Assembly: GCA_963804795.1 (NCBI GenBank)
Contig: CAWDRS010000011.1
Location: forward strand, 281,228 to 345,227
Length of the DNA stretch: 64,000 nucleotides
DNA from: an uncultured Acidobacteriota bacterium
Lineage (GTDB): Bacteria > Acidobacteriota > Vicinamibacteria > Vicinamibacterales > 2-12-FULL-66-21
Reading direction: 5' to 3'
Position 1 is the stretch's first letter. Each line of letters opens with the position of its first letter. Under the pieces are notes generated by a model. It was not told where the DNA came from, searched no databases, and worked only from the letters and a program-made list of their open reading frames with translations. The position numbers and the translations under genes were made by a program. Below, piece by piece: positions 31,721 to 41,301 of this stretch.

Positions 31721-32533
31721 ATGTCCGCACCGCACGTCCTGCTCACCGGTTTGGCGATGGGTGAATCTCCGCGATGGCATGACGGCCGTCTCTGGCTCTC
31801 CGACTGGGGTGCCCAGGAGATCGTTGCCGTGGATCCCAGTGGCAGGAGCGAAGTCATCCTCCGAGTGCCGTTCCTTCTCCCGTTCTGCATCGACTGGCTG
31901 CGCGACGGACGCCTCCTTGTTGTCTCGGGCCGAGAAGGGCTGCTGCTCAGGAGAGAATCCGATGGCTCGCTGACGACCCACGCCGACCTGACGAGCCTGT
32001 CTCGCGGCGCCTGGAACGAAATCGTCGTGGACGGCCGCGGAAATGCCTACGTCAACACAGCCGACGCCATCGCCCTCGTCACTCCCGAAGGGTCCGCTCG
32101 CCAGGTTGCCGATGGCGGCGCCTTTCCGAACGGCATGGCCGTCACGCCCGACAACTCGACGCTCATCATGGCGGAGTCCCACGGCAAAACGCTGACGGCC
32201 TTCGACATCTCCGCCGACGGCAGCCTTTCACGGCGGCGCGTGTGGGCCGACCTCGGCGACGGTGTTCCCGATGGGATTTGCCTCGATGCGGAACACGCCG
32301 CATGGTACGCGGACGTTCCCAACAAGCGGTGCGTGCGCGTTCGCGAAGGCGGCGAGGTGCTGCAGACGGTCGCGCTCGACCGGGGCGGCTTTTCGTGCGC
32401 GCTCGGCGGGGTGAACAGGAGAACGTTGTACGTGGTCGCGACCGAATGGCGAGGCATGGAAAAGGTGGAGGAGGTGGCACGAGCGCGGACCGGGCAGGTA
32501 CTGTCGATCGAAGCGCCAGCGCCCGGCGTTTAG
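31721..32533 (+). CDS. SMP-30/gluconolactonase/LRE-like beta-propeller protein
   Basis: MSAPHVLLTGLAMGESPRWHDGRLWLSDWGAQEIVAVD..FPNGMAVTPDNSTLIMAES..DGICLDAE. Confidence 0.8.
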   Translation: MSAPHVLLTGLAMGESPRWHDGRLWLSDWGAQEIVAVDPSGRSEVILRVPFLLPFCIDWLRDGRLLVVSGREGLLLRRESDGSLTTHADLTSLSRGAWNEIVVDGRGNAYVNTADAIALVTPEGSARQVADGGAFPNGMAVTPDNSTLIMAESHGKTLTAFDISADGSLSRRRVWADLGDGVPDGICLDAEHAAWYADVPNKRCVRVREGGEVLQTVALDRGGFSCALGGVNRRTLYVVATEWRGMEKVEEVARARTGQVLSIEAPAPGV

Positions 32534-33504
32534 CTCTGGACGCTGACGAGTTCGAGACTGCCTCGCTCCGGTTCCCAATCGGCGATCACGGTCCCAACGG
32601 TCGTCGTGCCGAGATACCACGCAGGGATCGTCGACACCATCGGAAGGACAGTCTCGATCGGCAGCCCCGTGAACCGCACCGTGTTGGCGACCGCGCGCGG
32701 CAGAGTCAAAGACGAGCCCGCAAGATACGGAGTGCCGGGCAGCGAGACGCGGCCGTCTGCAGCCGACTCGCAGACGACGTGGCCAATGGAGTACCGGCCG
32801 GGACCGCATCCGGCGGCTGCCGTCGCATCGGTTACGAGGATCGTTCGAGCAGCGCCCTTCCCGCGCACCATCGCTTTCACCGTCGCCGCGGGCAGGTGAT
32901 GTCCGTCGACGATGAGGGAAGCGGTGACGAGGTCGTCGGAGAGGAGCGTCCAGATGACATTCGGATGCCGCGGGAGCATCTGCGCGCAGCCGTTGCCGAG
33001 GTGCGTGGCGAGGGTCGCGCCTGCGGCAATGCCGGCCTCGATCTGCTGGGGCGTCCCCCCACTGTGACCGATCGCCACTCTGACGTCCGCCTTGACCAGA
33101 TGCTCGATGAGCGCCAGCGCGCCAGGCACCTCGGGCGCCAGCGTGACCAGCACGATCCGGCCGTCTGCGGCCTCCTGCCGGCGCTCGAAGTCGGCGACGC
33201 TGGCCGACGTCACGTGCTCACGCTGATGCGCGCCGCGCGGCCCATCTTCGGGCGAGAGGTACGGCCCCTCCATGTGGATGCCGGCGATTGCGGGATCGGT
33301 GGATCGGGCGATGATTCGCGCGTTCCGCGCGAACAGTTCGAGGCCCGACGTAATCAGCGTCGGCAGACAGCGCGTGACGCCGGTGCCGCGCTGCTGGTGC
33401 AGGGCTCCCGCGAGGCGGTCGCTCGTCAGGTCCGGGGCGTTGAAGTCGATGCCCGCGAAGCCGTTCACCTGCAGGTCGAAGAGCCCAGGGAATTCGAGCC
33501 TCAT
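32530..33504 (-). CDS. nagA: N-acetylglucosamine-6-phosphate deacetylase-like amidohydrolase (short form)
   Basis: MRLEFPGLFDLQVNGFAGIDFN..GIHMEGPYLS..IGHSGGT..ATHLGNG is the NagA metal-site pattern. It lacks the ~55-aa N-terminal beta-sandwich segment of E. coli NagA. Confidence 0.75.
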   Translation of the reverse strand: MRLEFPGLFDLQVNGFAGIDFNAPDLTSDRLAGALHQQRGTGVTRCLPTLITSGLELFARNARIIARSTDPAIAGIHMEGPYLSPEDGPRGAHQREHVTSASVADFERRQEAADGRIVLVTLAPEVPGALALIEHLVKADVRVAIGHSGGTPQQIEAGIAAGATLATHLGNGCAQMLPRHPNVIWTLLSDDLVTASLIVDGHHLPAATVKAMVRGKGAARTILVTDATAAAGCGPGRYSIGHVVCESAADGRVSLPGTPYLAGSSLTLPRAVANTVRFTGLPIETVLPMVSTIPAWYLGTTTVGTVIADWEPERGSLELVSVQS

Positions 33505-33509
33505 TATTA

Positions 33510-33880
33510 AACCGGGGGGCTTCGCCCCGCCGGACCCCCCAGCGCCGTCGCTCGCGGGGCCCCGTCGCCCCGCTCCGCTCCGGCGGGCGCGCCGTCGGCG
33601 CGCCTGGTTTAGTCATTACACCGGGGGCTTCGCTCCGCCGGCCCCCCAGCGCCGGCGCTCGCGGGGCCCCGTCGCCCCGCTCCGCTCCGGCGGGCGCGCC
33701 GTCGGCGCGCCTGGTTTAGTCATTACACCGGGGGCTTCGCTCCGCCGGACCCCCCAGCGCCGGCGCTCGCGGGGCCCCGTCGCCCCGCTCCCCTCCCGCC
33801 TTCGCTAAAGCTCCGGCGGGCCGCCGTAGCCTTGGCGGAGGCTGGCCGGCGGGCGCGCCGTTGGCGCGCCTGGTTTAAGT
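33510..33880 (+). repeat. Repeat family C, three tandem ~108-bp units (the third carries a ~55-bp insertion)
   Basis: Units start near 33510, 33618 and 33726: ACCGGGGGGCTTCGCCCCGCCGGACCCCCCAGCGCCGTCGCTCGCGGGGCCCCGTCGCCCCGCTCCGCTCCGGCGGGCGCGCCGTCGGCGCGCCTGGTTTAGTCATTAC. Confidence 0.9.
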
Positions 33881-33937
33881 TAAGTTATGCGGCTCGTCGA
33901 CAACGAGACCCAATTCTCGGTGCGAGCCGCCAAGCGT

Positions 33938-34711
33938 CTAGTCGGCCTGGCGGATCTCTCCCCTGACCGAGGGCGCCAGCAGCGAGGCTGAGTCTCGATC
34001 GAGGTACAAAGTCGTGTTCTGATGCTTCTGGAGGATCGATGCCGGCGTCACCGGCGACACTTCGCCCTCCACCGACGCCTTGACGGCTCCGGCTTTTCGA
34101 GCATCCGGCACGATGCACAGGATTTCGCGCGACTTGAGGATCTGGCACACCGACATCGACACCGCCACGGGCGGGACATCCTCGACGGAACCGAACCACC
34201 CCTCACCGACCTGTTGGCGGCGGCACGCCGTGTCGAGCGTCACGAGCAGGTACGGCCGATCGGTGTCGAAGTCGGCCGGAGGATCGTTGAAGGCGAGATG
34301 TGCGTTCTCACCGATCCCAACGAACGCCACGTCCACCGGCGACCGCGCCAGCTCGGCTCCGACGCGCTCGGCGGCGGCCTCGGCGTCCCGTTCGCAATCG
34401 AGAAAGTGATAGCGGACGATGCCCGTCCTGGTGATGAGCCGCTCGAGCAGATACTTGCGAAAGCTCGCGGGGTGGTCGATCGGGAGCCCGACATATTCGT
34501 CGAGGTGGAACAGCTCCACGCGCGACCAGTCGATGCCCGGAGTCGCTGTGAGCGCGTCGAGAAAGCCGAACTGGGACGCGCCAGTCGCCGCGATCATGCG
34601 GACCGCCCCGCGGTCCGCAATCGCGTCTCGCAGTGCATGCGCCGCGTGCCGCGCAGCGGCGCGGCTCATCACGTCACGATCGATGTAGGTCCTGATCTGC
34701 ATGATCTGCAC
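33938..34711 (-). CDS. nagB: Glucosamine-6-phosphate deaminase/isomerase family protein
   Basis: [37 protein letters not shown]. The start is GTG 34711 or ATG 34702. Confidence 0.8.
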   Translation of the reverse strand: MQIMQIRTYIDRDVMSRAAARHAAHALRDAIADRGAVRMIAATGASQFGFLDALTATPGIDWSRVELFHLDEYVGLPIDHPASFRKYLLERLITRTGIVRYHFLDCERDAEAAAERVGAELARSPVDVAFVGIGENAHLAFNDPPADFDTDRPYLLVTLDTACRRQQVGEGWFGSVEDVPPVAVSMSVCQILKSREILCIVPDARKAGAVKASVEGEVSPVTPASILQKHQNTTLYLDRDSASLLAPSVRGEIRQAD

Positions 34712-34740
34712 GTGGAGTTCACCGCACTCTCACCTGCCGC

Positions 34741-36151
34741 TCAGCGCGCCAGCCGCGGCGCCGGCCGGGAAGAGCCGACACGGCTCATCTCGGTCCCCTT
34801 CGTCGTCACGAAGTACTTCGCCAGCATGTTGGGCCGCTCCCAGGCCGGGAGCGCACTTCGATTCCTCAGGTACTCCAGGAAGTTGTTGGTGACCTGTGCG
34901 AAGTGGGCCTCGTGACCGACGCGGAAGGCGTCGGGAATGCCGACGTGGATCTCGGCCCCGCGATCCTCGACAGTCACGCCGGGATACTGCGCTTGGAGCG
35001 CCGAGATCTTCTTCTGGACGGCCGCCAGCACCTGAGGCTTCTCAGCGGCGCGAGTCGGGATCACGTAGAGCTCCGGGCGGAAACGATCGGCCTGTCCCTG
35101 GCGGATCTCGACGCGAGCCCTTGTCCCACGATAGAACGCGAAGTGGGTGTCACCGGATCCCGCCGGCGGCTCCCAGTCCCAGATCACATTCAGCTTCGTG
35201 TGGATGCCTCGCAGCGAGTACGCGACGAGCGTGTTGCAGAAGTACATCGAGGTTCTGACCTTTCACGGCCGAGCCCAGGCTGTCGGGGAAACGTGGCTCG
35301 CGTGTCACGCGCTGGAAATCCTGCTGCGAGATCGTCGTCGGCCAGCGCTGTGCCGCGAGGACCTGGATATCCTTGCGATAGTCGATGGCCGTGTCAGGAA
35401 AGAGCGTCCACTGCACGAGATCCACCAGATGCGTCCCGATGTCGTTCAGCCCTTCGCCTTGCTCGGACGTATCGAAGAACCAGGGTGGCCGGATGTTCGG
35501 AGCGCCAGAGACCACCTTCATGAGGTAGTGGACGCTCTCCATGTAGACGCCGGGATCGGCGTCCGTCCCGGGAACGATCTCCCCGAACGCCGCCGGATCG
35601 TTCACGAGCGCTCGCTGCAGTATCGAGGTAATCTCGAACCGCTCCGTCATGATGTCGTAGGCGACGACACCTCGCTTGTCCGCTTCTGCGAGCGTCGCCT
35701 CGAGCTTCGGAAGGTCGTCGGACTTGAGGATCCACGGCTTGTCGCCGAGCACGTTCAAGCCGGCGCTCACCGAGGCGGCGATCCGGTCGATCTTCACGCG
35801 GTTGCGTCCCGAGAGCATGACCACGTTGCCTGGCCGCTCCCGGAGCATGCGCTCGAAGTAGTCGGGACTGGTGTGGACGTCCAGGTCCCACGATGTCGGA
35901 TGATCACCGCGATGGTTGTACGCGGAGATGCGGTTCAGGTGCTCGATCAGGTCGGGTCCGAGCGGCGCGAAGACGTCGACGCGCGGCGCCACGCCGGGAT
36001 ACATCTCTTTCTGGACGAGGGCGGCGTGGAAGTGCCCCGGGTCGAGCGTCATCAGTCGGACCTGAGCCATCGAACGGCCGCCCTCCTGGGCGGCGAGGAG
36101 CCCGCCGCCGACGACGGCGGCCGCGACCAGAACAGGGAGCCTGGATCTCAT
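34741..36151 (-). pseudogene. Gfo/Idh/MocA-like oxidoreductase with putative-oxidoreductase C-terminal domain, +1 frameshift near 35242-35246
   Basis: ORF 35150..36151(-) ends ..[12 protein letters not shown]. The continuation [24 protein letters not shown].. lies in ORF 34741..35247(-). The junction on the coding strand is GAT-G-TAC. Confidence 0.8.
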
Positions 36152-36185
36152 TGCAGGTCGAACTATAGCAGCCCCGTGCGGGTGT

Positions 36186-36418
36186 CGGAGGGGACGGAGT
36201 TATCGGAGACGCTCACAAACGGAGCAACGGAGCCAACGGAGACGAAACGGAGGGAACTGGCTGGCTTGTGGCAGACGAAGGGCGCGACGCCGGCTGTTGG
36301 CCGGCTACGCGCGGTCGCGCCCTGCGAATGTCGCGAACCCGCTCGTTCTCTCCGTTCGTCCTCCGTTGGCTCCGTTTCTCCGTGTGAGCGTCTCGCCGAT
36401 AACTCCGTCCCCTCCGTC
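36186..36418. mobile_element. MITE-like element family D, copy D2
   Basis: The arms 36186-36254 and 36348-36416 are about 90 percent complementary over ~68 nt (CGGAGGGGACGGAGTTATCGGAGACGCTCACAAACGGAGCAACGGAGCCAACGGAGACGAAACGGAGGG). The ~95-bp centre shares CTACGCGCGG with D1. Confidence 0.8.
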
Positions 36419-36561
36419 AAACCTCATCACCTGTAGCCGGCCGCCGCCAGGAGCGCTGCGCAGTCGTAGAGGCCGCCGTTGGCCACGACCAGACGCGCCG
36501 TCCGGATGTTGGAGATCTCTTCGGCGCATCACGCTGTGGCATTCCACCGCATCTTACAACT

Positions 36562-37409
36562 ATGCTTGCAGGGTTCCCGCGCATCCCCATGAACGTCCCT
36601 CGCCCTGCCGCTCGTTTTCGTGCGCTTGTCCTGACGGCCGTCGCCGTGGTCGGACTCGGCGCGGTGACGCTGGCCCAGCGCCGCAACTTCGGAGGGTTCG
36701 GGGATCGGGGCCGGCCACCCGAGATCCTGCCCAATATCCCGTACGACGGCCGCTTCACGTTCGTCCGCGTGAGCTACGACACGGCGCCCGGCGGCTACTG
36801 GTACCGGGGATTGCCCTCGTGGGCTCACGGCTATCCGGTTGCCGAGCGCAACCTCATGAAGATCATGAACGAGCTCACGTTCCTGCACGCCCACGACGAG
36901 GGCGTGAACACGATGACGCTCGACGACCCGCGACTCTTCGAGTATCCCGTCGCATACATCATCGAAGTCAGCTGGTGGACGATGACCAGCCGGCAGGGTG
37001 AAGCGCTCCGTGAGTACATGAAGAAGGGCGGCTTCGTGATCGTGGACGACTTCAAGGCGGATGGCGACTTCGGCAGTCCCGGCTGGGCGCCGTTCGAGGC
37101 GAACATGGAGCGCGTGCTGCCCGGAGCACGGTTCGTCGAGATGAAACCGTCGCACCCCATCTTCCACTCGTTCTTCGAGATCGAGGCGCTCGATCATTTT
37201 CCACAGGCCTACAACGCCGGCCCGCCCAGCTTCCTCGGACTCTTCGAGGAGAACGACCCTTCCAAACGTCTCCAGATGATCGTCAACTACAACACCGATA
37301 TCTCGCAGGTACCTGGGAGTGGTCCGGACAAGGGATCCGCCCGATAGACGACACGAACGAGGCGTACAAGCTCGGAGTCAACTACATCATCTACGGTCTG
37401 ACGCACTAG
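36562..37409 (+). pseudogene. DUF4159 family protein, +2 frameshift at GGTACC 37308-37313
   Basis: ORF 36562..37347 is DUF4159-like up to ..NYNTDISQ. The conserved C-terminus YWEWSGQGIRPIDDTNEAYKLGVNYIIYGLTH* lies in the +2 frame and ends at 37409. The junction reads CAG-G-TAC-C-TGG. Confidence 0.8.
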
Positions 37410-37508
37410 CCCGCGCTCCAGCTCAGACCATCCAGCGATTCAGTGCAGGTGTTCTTGATTCAAGAGCTCTATACGTCAGCCCGCGATTTCCCGCGATTTC
37501 AGATCCGC

Positions 37509-37537
37509 GTGGCTTCCGCCTTACGGCGGAAGCTACC
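37509..37537 (+). repeat. Repeat family B, single-hairpin copy B3
   Basis: GTGGCTTCCGCCTTACGGCGGAAGCTACC. Confidence 0.75.
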
Positions 37538-37572
37538 TGGGCGCGGAGCGGCAATATCTATCCGGAGACTCC

Positions 37573-40225
37573 ATGACACGAGCGCGCCTGGCCGCCACTC
37601 TCGCTCTCATCTCTTCCGTACTCGTCGCCGCATACGCCCGGCAGCCGGCACCCGATTCAGTCAGCTCCGTCATCGATGGACTGACGTTCAGGAACATCGG
37701 CCCGTTTCGCACGGCAGCGTGGGTGACGGAGGTCGCCGTCCCTGAATCTCCCCTGCACGACCACCTCTACACGATGTACGCCGCCACACGCAGCGGAGGT
37801 CTGTGGAAGACGACGAACGCCGGCACGAGCTGGTCGCCGATCTCGGACAGCGTCGGCGCGGCTGCCGTCGGCGCTGTCGCCCTCGCCCCCTCGAACCCCG
37901 CGATCGTGTGGATGGGCACAGGCGATCAAGCCAATGCGAGGTCGTCGGTACTCAGGCAAAGGCCTGTTCAAGTCGATGGACGGGGGCGCGACGTGGCAGT
38001 CCGTGGGCCTCACGGACTCGCATCACATCGCCCGGATCGTCATCCACCCCACGAACCCCGAGGTCGTCTACGTGGCAGCGATGGGCCACCTCTTCTCCAG
38101 GAACGCGGAGCGCGGCGTCTTTCGGACGACTGACGGGGGAGCCACCTGGAAGAAGGTCCTCTACGTCAACGACGGCGTCGGCGCGATCGATCTCGTCATC
38201 AACCGGCAGACGCCGTCCGTCCTCTACGCCGCGTTGTACGACAAGGAACGCCGTCCCTGGCAGATCGTCGAGAGTGGCCCGGAGAGCGGCATCTACCGGA
38301 CCGCCGATGCCGGCGACACCTGGCAGCGGCTCGGCGGCGGGTTGCCTGCGGGCAGAATCGGCCGGATCGGGCTAGACCTCTATCAGAAGAACCCGCGCGT
38401 ACTCTACGCGCTCCTCGAGAATCAGAACCCGAAGCCAGGCGCCGCCGGAGGCGAAGTCAGCGCGACGCGTCCACTGGCCGGAGGCATCGTCGGCAACGAG
38501 CTGTATCGAACAGACGATGGAGGCGGGACGTGGCGGCGGGTGACGGACGTCAACGTCGCCGGAGGCAAGGCGCCGTATTCCTTCAATCAGCTCCGCATCA
38601 ACCCCCACGACGACCAGACGGTCATCGTGACCAGCGATTCGATGTACATCACCAGGGACGGCGGAAAGACGTGGGACACCGGTTTCTTCCGCGGTGTGTT
38701 CGGGGACTTCCGCTCGATGTGGTGGGACCCCGACAATCGCGATCGGATCATCCTCGGCAGCGACGGCGGCGTCAGCGTATCCGTCGACGGTGGCCGTACC
38801 GGTGACTACTTTCCCAACATGGGCATCGGCGAAGCGTACGCGCTCGGCGTGGACATGGACGATCCGTACAATGTCTACGCTGGCTTTCAGGACCATGATT
38901 CCTGGAAGGGCCCGAGCAACAGCCCGACCGGCCGCATCACGCTCGAACACTGGGTCACCGTCGGTCCCGGCGACGGTATGTACAACGTTGTCGACCCGAC
39001 CGACACCCGCTGGGTGTACAACACGCGCGAGCTGAATCAGCTCGGCCGGATGGATCAGCGGACGGGTGTGCGCACGAACATCGCGCCCACACGCCCGCCG
39101 GATCGCCCGCGGCTGCGGTACAACTGGATTGCTCCCATCGCACTCTCGCCCGAGGACCCTCGGACGCTCTATGCCGGCGCACAGCTGCTCTTCCGCTCGC
39201 GTGACCGCGGAGACACCTGGGAGGAGATCAGCCCTGACCTCACGACGAACGATACCGCCAAAACGGGGTTGAACGTGCCTTACTGCACGATCACGTCGAT
39301 TGCGGAATCGCCGCTCCGCGCAGGGGTCATCTGGGTCGGCACGGACGACGGGAAGGTGCAGCTCACGCAGGATCAGGGAGAGCGGTGGACCGACCTGACG
39401 CCCGCACTCGTTGCCGCCGGCGCGCGCGCCGATCGGTGGGTCAGCCGGGTGTTCGCGTCGCCGCACGATCCGGCCACCGCGTTCGTCGCAAAGAATGGCT
39501 TTCGGAACGACGACTTCGCGGCCTATCTGTATCGGACCGCGGACTATGGCCGAACCTGGACGAGCGTTGCCGGCGACCTTCCCGCCGCGCCTGTCAACGT
39601 CGTGGTGCAGGATCGACGGAACCGTCAGCTGCTGATCGTCGGCAACGACATCGGCGTGTTCGTGTCGATCGATGGCGGCGCACGTTGGCACCGGCTGAAG
39701 GGGAACCTTCCGACCGTCGCGGTGCACGACCTGACGATCCATCCGCGAGAGAACGACCTCGTGATTGCCACCTACGGCCGCGCGCTGTGGACTGGAGACA
39801 TCACGCCGCTCCAGGAATTATCCGGGGAGATCTTGAATCGCGCCGCCTATCTCTTCGACATGGAGCCTCGAGCACGATACGGCTTCAGCACGCAGGGGAT
39901 GAACTACCACCTCTTCGGCGACAAGTATCTGGAGGTGCTGAACGAGCCGGAGGCGCTGGTGGTCAACTACTACCTCGGCGCGGATGCGGCAGCCGAGGCA
40001 CGGATCGTCGTGTCGAACGCGGCGGGTCAGACCGTGCGGCGCGTGGACGGCCCGGCGAAGAAAGGCCTGAATCGGGCCCTCGTCAGCCTGGGTGGCGGGG
40101 GCGGCCGCGGGCGAGGAACCACCGCGATGCCCCCCCTGCCCGTCGGCGACTACAGCGTGACGGTCGACGTCGCCGGTGCCACGCTCACGAAGAGCGCGAG
40201 GGTGCGAGCTCGGATAGGTATCTGA
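37573..40225 (+). pseudogene. Sortilin/Vps10-type BNR (Asp-box) beta-propeller protein, +1 frameshift at 37947-37951
   Basis: ORF 37573..38133 (signal peptide, ..WMGTGDQANARSS) continues in ORF 37934..40225 (YSGKGLFKSMDGGATW.., repeated S/T-x-D-G-G-x-T-W boxes). The junction is TCG-G-TAC. Confidence 0.85.
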
Positions 40226-40282
40226 GGGTCGTGACCCCTCGCGTGCCGAGCAATCGGATGGCTTGGTGCGCTGCCTTTTAAC

Positions 40283-40446
40283 AGGAGGAAGGGAGGAGGG
40301 GAGGAACGAGAGGATAATGCCCCTCAACGTCGAATGAATCTGCAGGCTGCTTGCGCCGCGCTTCGCGCGGGTGAGTGACGAGAAGTCCCGACTTGATGGC
40401 GCAGAGCTCCTCTCGTTCCTCCCCTCCTCCCCTCCTCCCCTCCTCT
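40283..40446. repeat. Intergenic hairpin element E with purine-word arms (GGAGG/GGGAGG)
   Basis: The left arm AGGAGGAAGGGAGGAGGGGAGGAACGAGAGGA pairs with the right arm TCCTCTCGTTCCTCCCCTCCTCCCCTCCTCCCCTCCTCT. The inner 20 nt are perfectly complementary. Confidence 0.85.
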
Positions 40447-40479
40447 TGTAAAGCTTTTTTGACAAGTCGCCAGCCGTCG

Positions 40480-40803
40480 CTACCCCACCCCCGGCGCTCT
40501 ATACGCGGTCTTGCGCTCGCAGGCGCGATCCATCTCCTCGGCAGACAGCAACGGCGTCGTCGAACAGCGCGCCGCACCAGAAGCGGCGACAGCCAGGCTC
40601 AGAGCGGCGACGGTAACGGCGTCCGGCACGTCCACGATGGCGACCACGTCACGGTCGCCCAGCGTGTAGTAGAAGGACTCGAGCTTGCCCCCCAGCCCCT
40701 CGACCGACAATCGGACGACGTGCTCACGTTTGGTGCCTCCCTCGGCACGAAGACCCTTGGCCCCTTCGAGAGTGTAAGCGACGTTCAGCAGATACTTCGG
40801 CAT
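40480..40803 (-). CDS. GYD-domain family small protein
   Basis: MPKYLLNVAYTLEGAKGLRAEGGTKREHVVRLSVEGLGGKLESFYYTLGDRDVVAIVDVPD. Size and pattern match the GYD family. Confidence 0.6.
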   Translation of the reverse strand: MPKYLLNVAYTLEGAKGLRAEGGTKREHVVRLSVEGLGGKLESFYYTLGDRDVVAIVDVPDAVTVAALSLAVAASGAARCSTTPLLSAEEMDRACERKTAYRAPGVG

Positions 40804-40857
40804 CAGGTGCTCTCCTTCGGCGACTGTTGGTGATTTTCGACGAGAGCGCGAATGCGC

Positions 40858-41214
40858 TCACCGCCATTCAGGCGCGTACTGGCGGCGGCGAGCTCGCTCC
40901 TCCACGAAGATGCTCAGGGAAAACAGAACGATGACCTCGACGAGCCCGATGAACGCATAGATCGCGAAGCGCGTGAACGCGCTCGGGACCGGCCAGCACA
41001 TCGTCCCGGCGTCGAGGCATTCCTCTGTCAACCGCTCGATCTCCGCGTACTCGCGCAGAATGAACCCGATGGAGGACCCGAACACGACGCCGGTTGCGAC
41101 GATGTTCCCGAACGTCATGCGGCCCTTCCACCAGAAGGGAAAAGCCACGAGCAGACCGACGACGGGCGGAACGGCCAGCGCCAGCGCGATGTAGTGCCAA
41201 TTGAGCTCAGTCAC
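40858..41214 (-). CDS. Hypothetical integral membrane protein (start uncertain: GTG 41214 or TTG 41241)
   Basis: It has three or four hydrophobic spans (HYIALALAVPPVVGLLVAFPFWW, IVATGVVFGSSIGFIL, FAIYAFIGLVEVIVLFSLSIF). I recognise no family. Confidence 0.5.
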   Translation of the reverse strand: MTELNWHYIALALAVPPVVGLLVAFPFWWKGRMTFGNIVATGVVFGSSIGFILREYAEIERLTEECLDAGTMCWPVPSAFTRFAIYAFIGLVEVIVLFSLSIFVEERARRRQYAPEWR

Positions 41215-41301
41215 GATCGCGTTCCCAGAACGGAGTCCCAAACGCCTTGCGGCCCGGATCTACCGTAACACGTCGGCGCTGGACACCGCGATCAGCGATC
41301 G

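Noticed and set aside
38372-39742. 456-aa minus-strand ORF
   Set aside because: It is antisense to the BNR/sortilin-like gene, whose Asp-box repeats give strong coding evidence on the plus strand.
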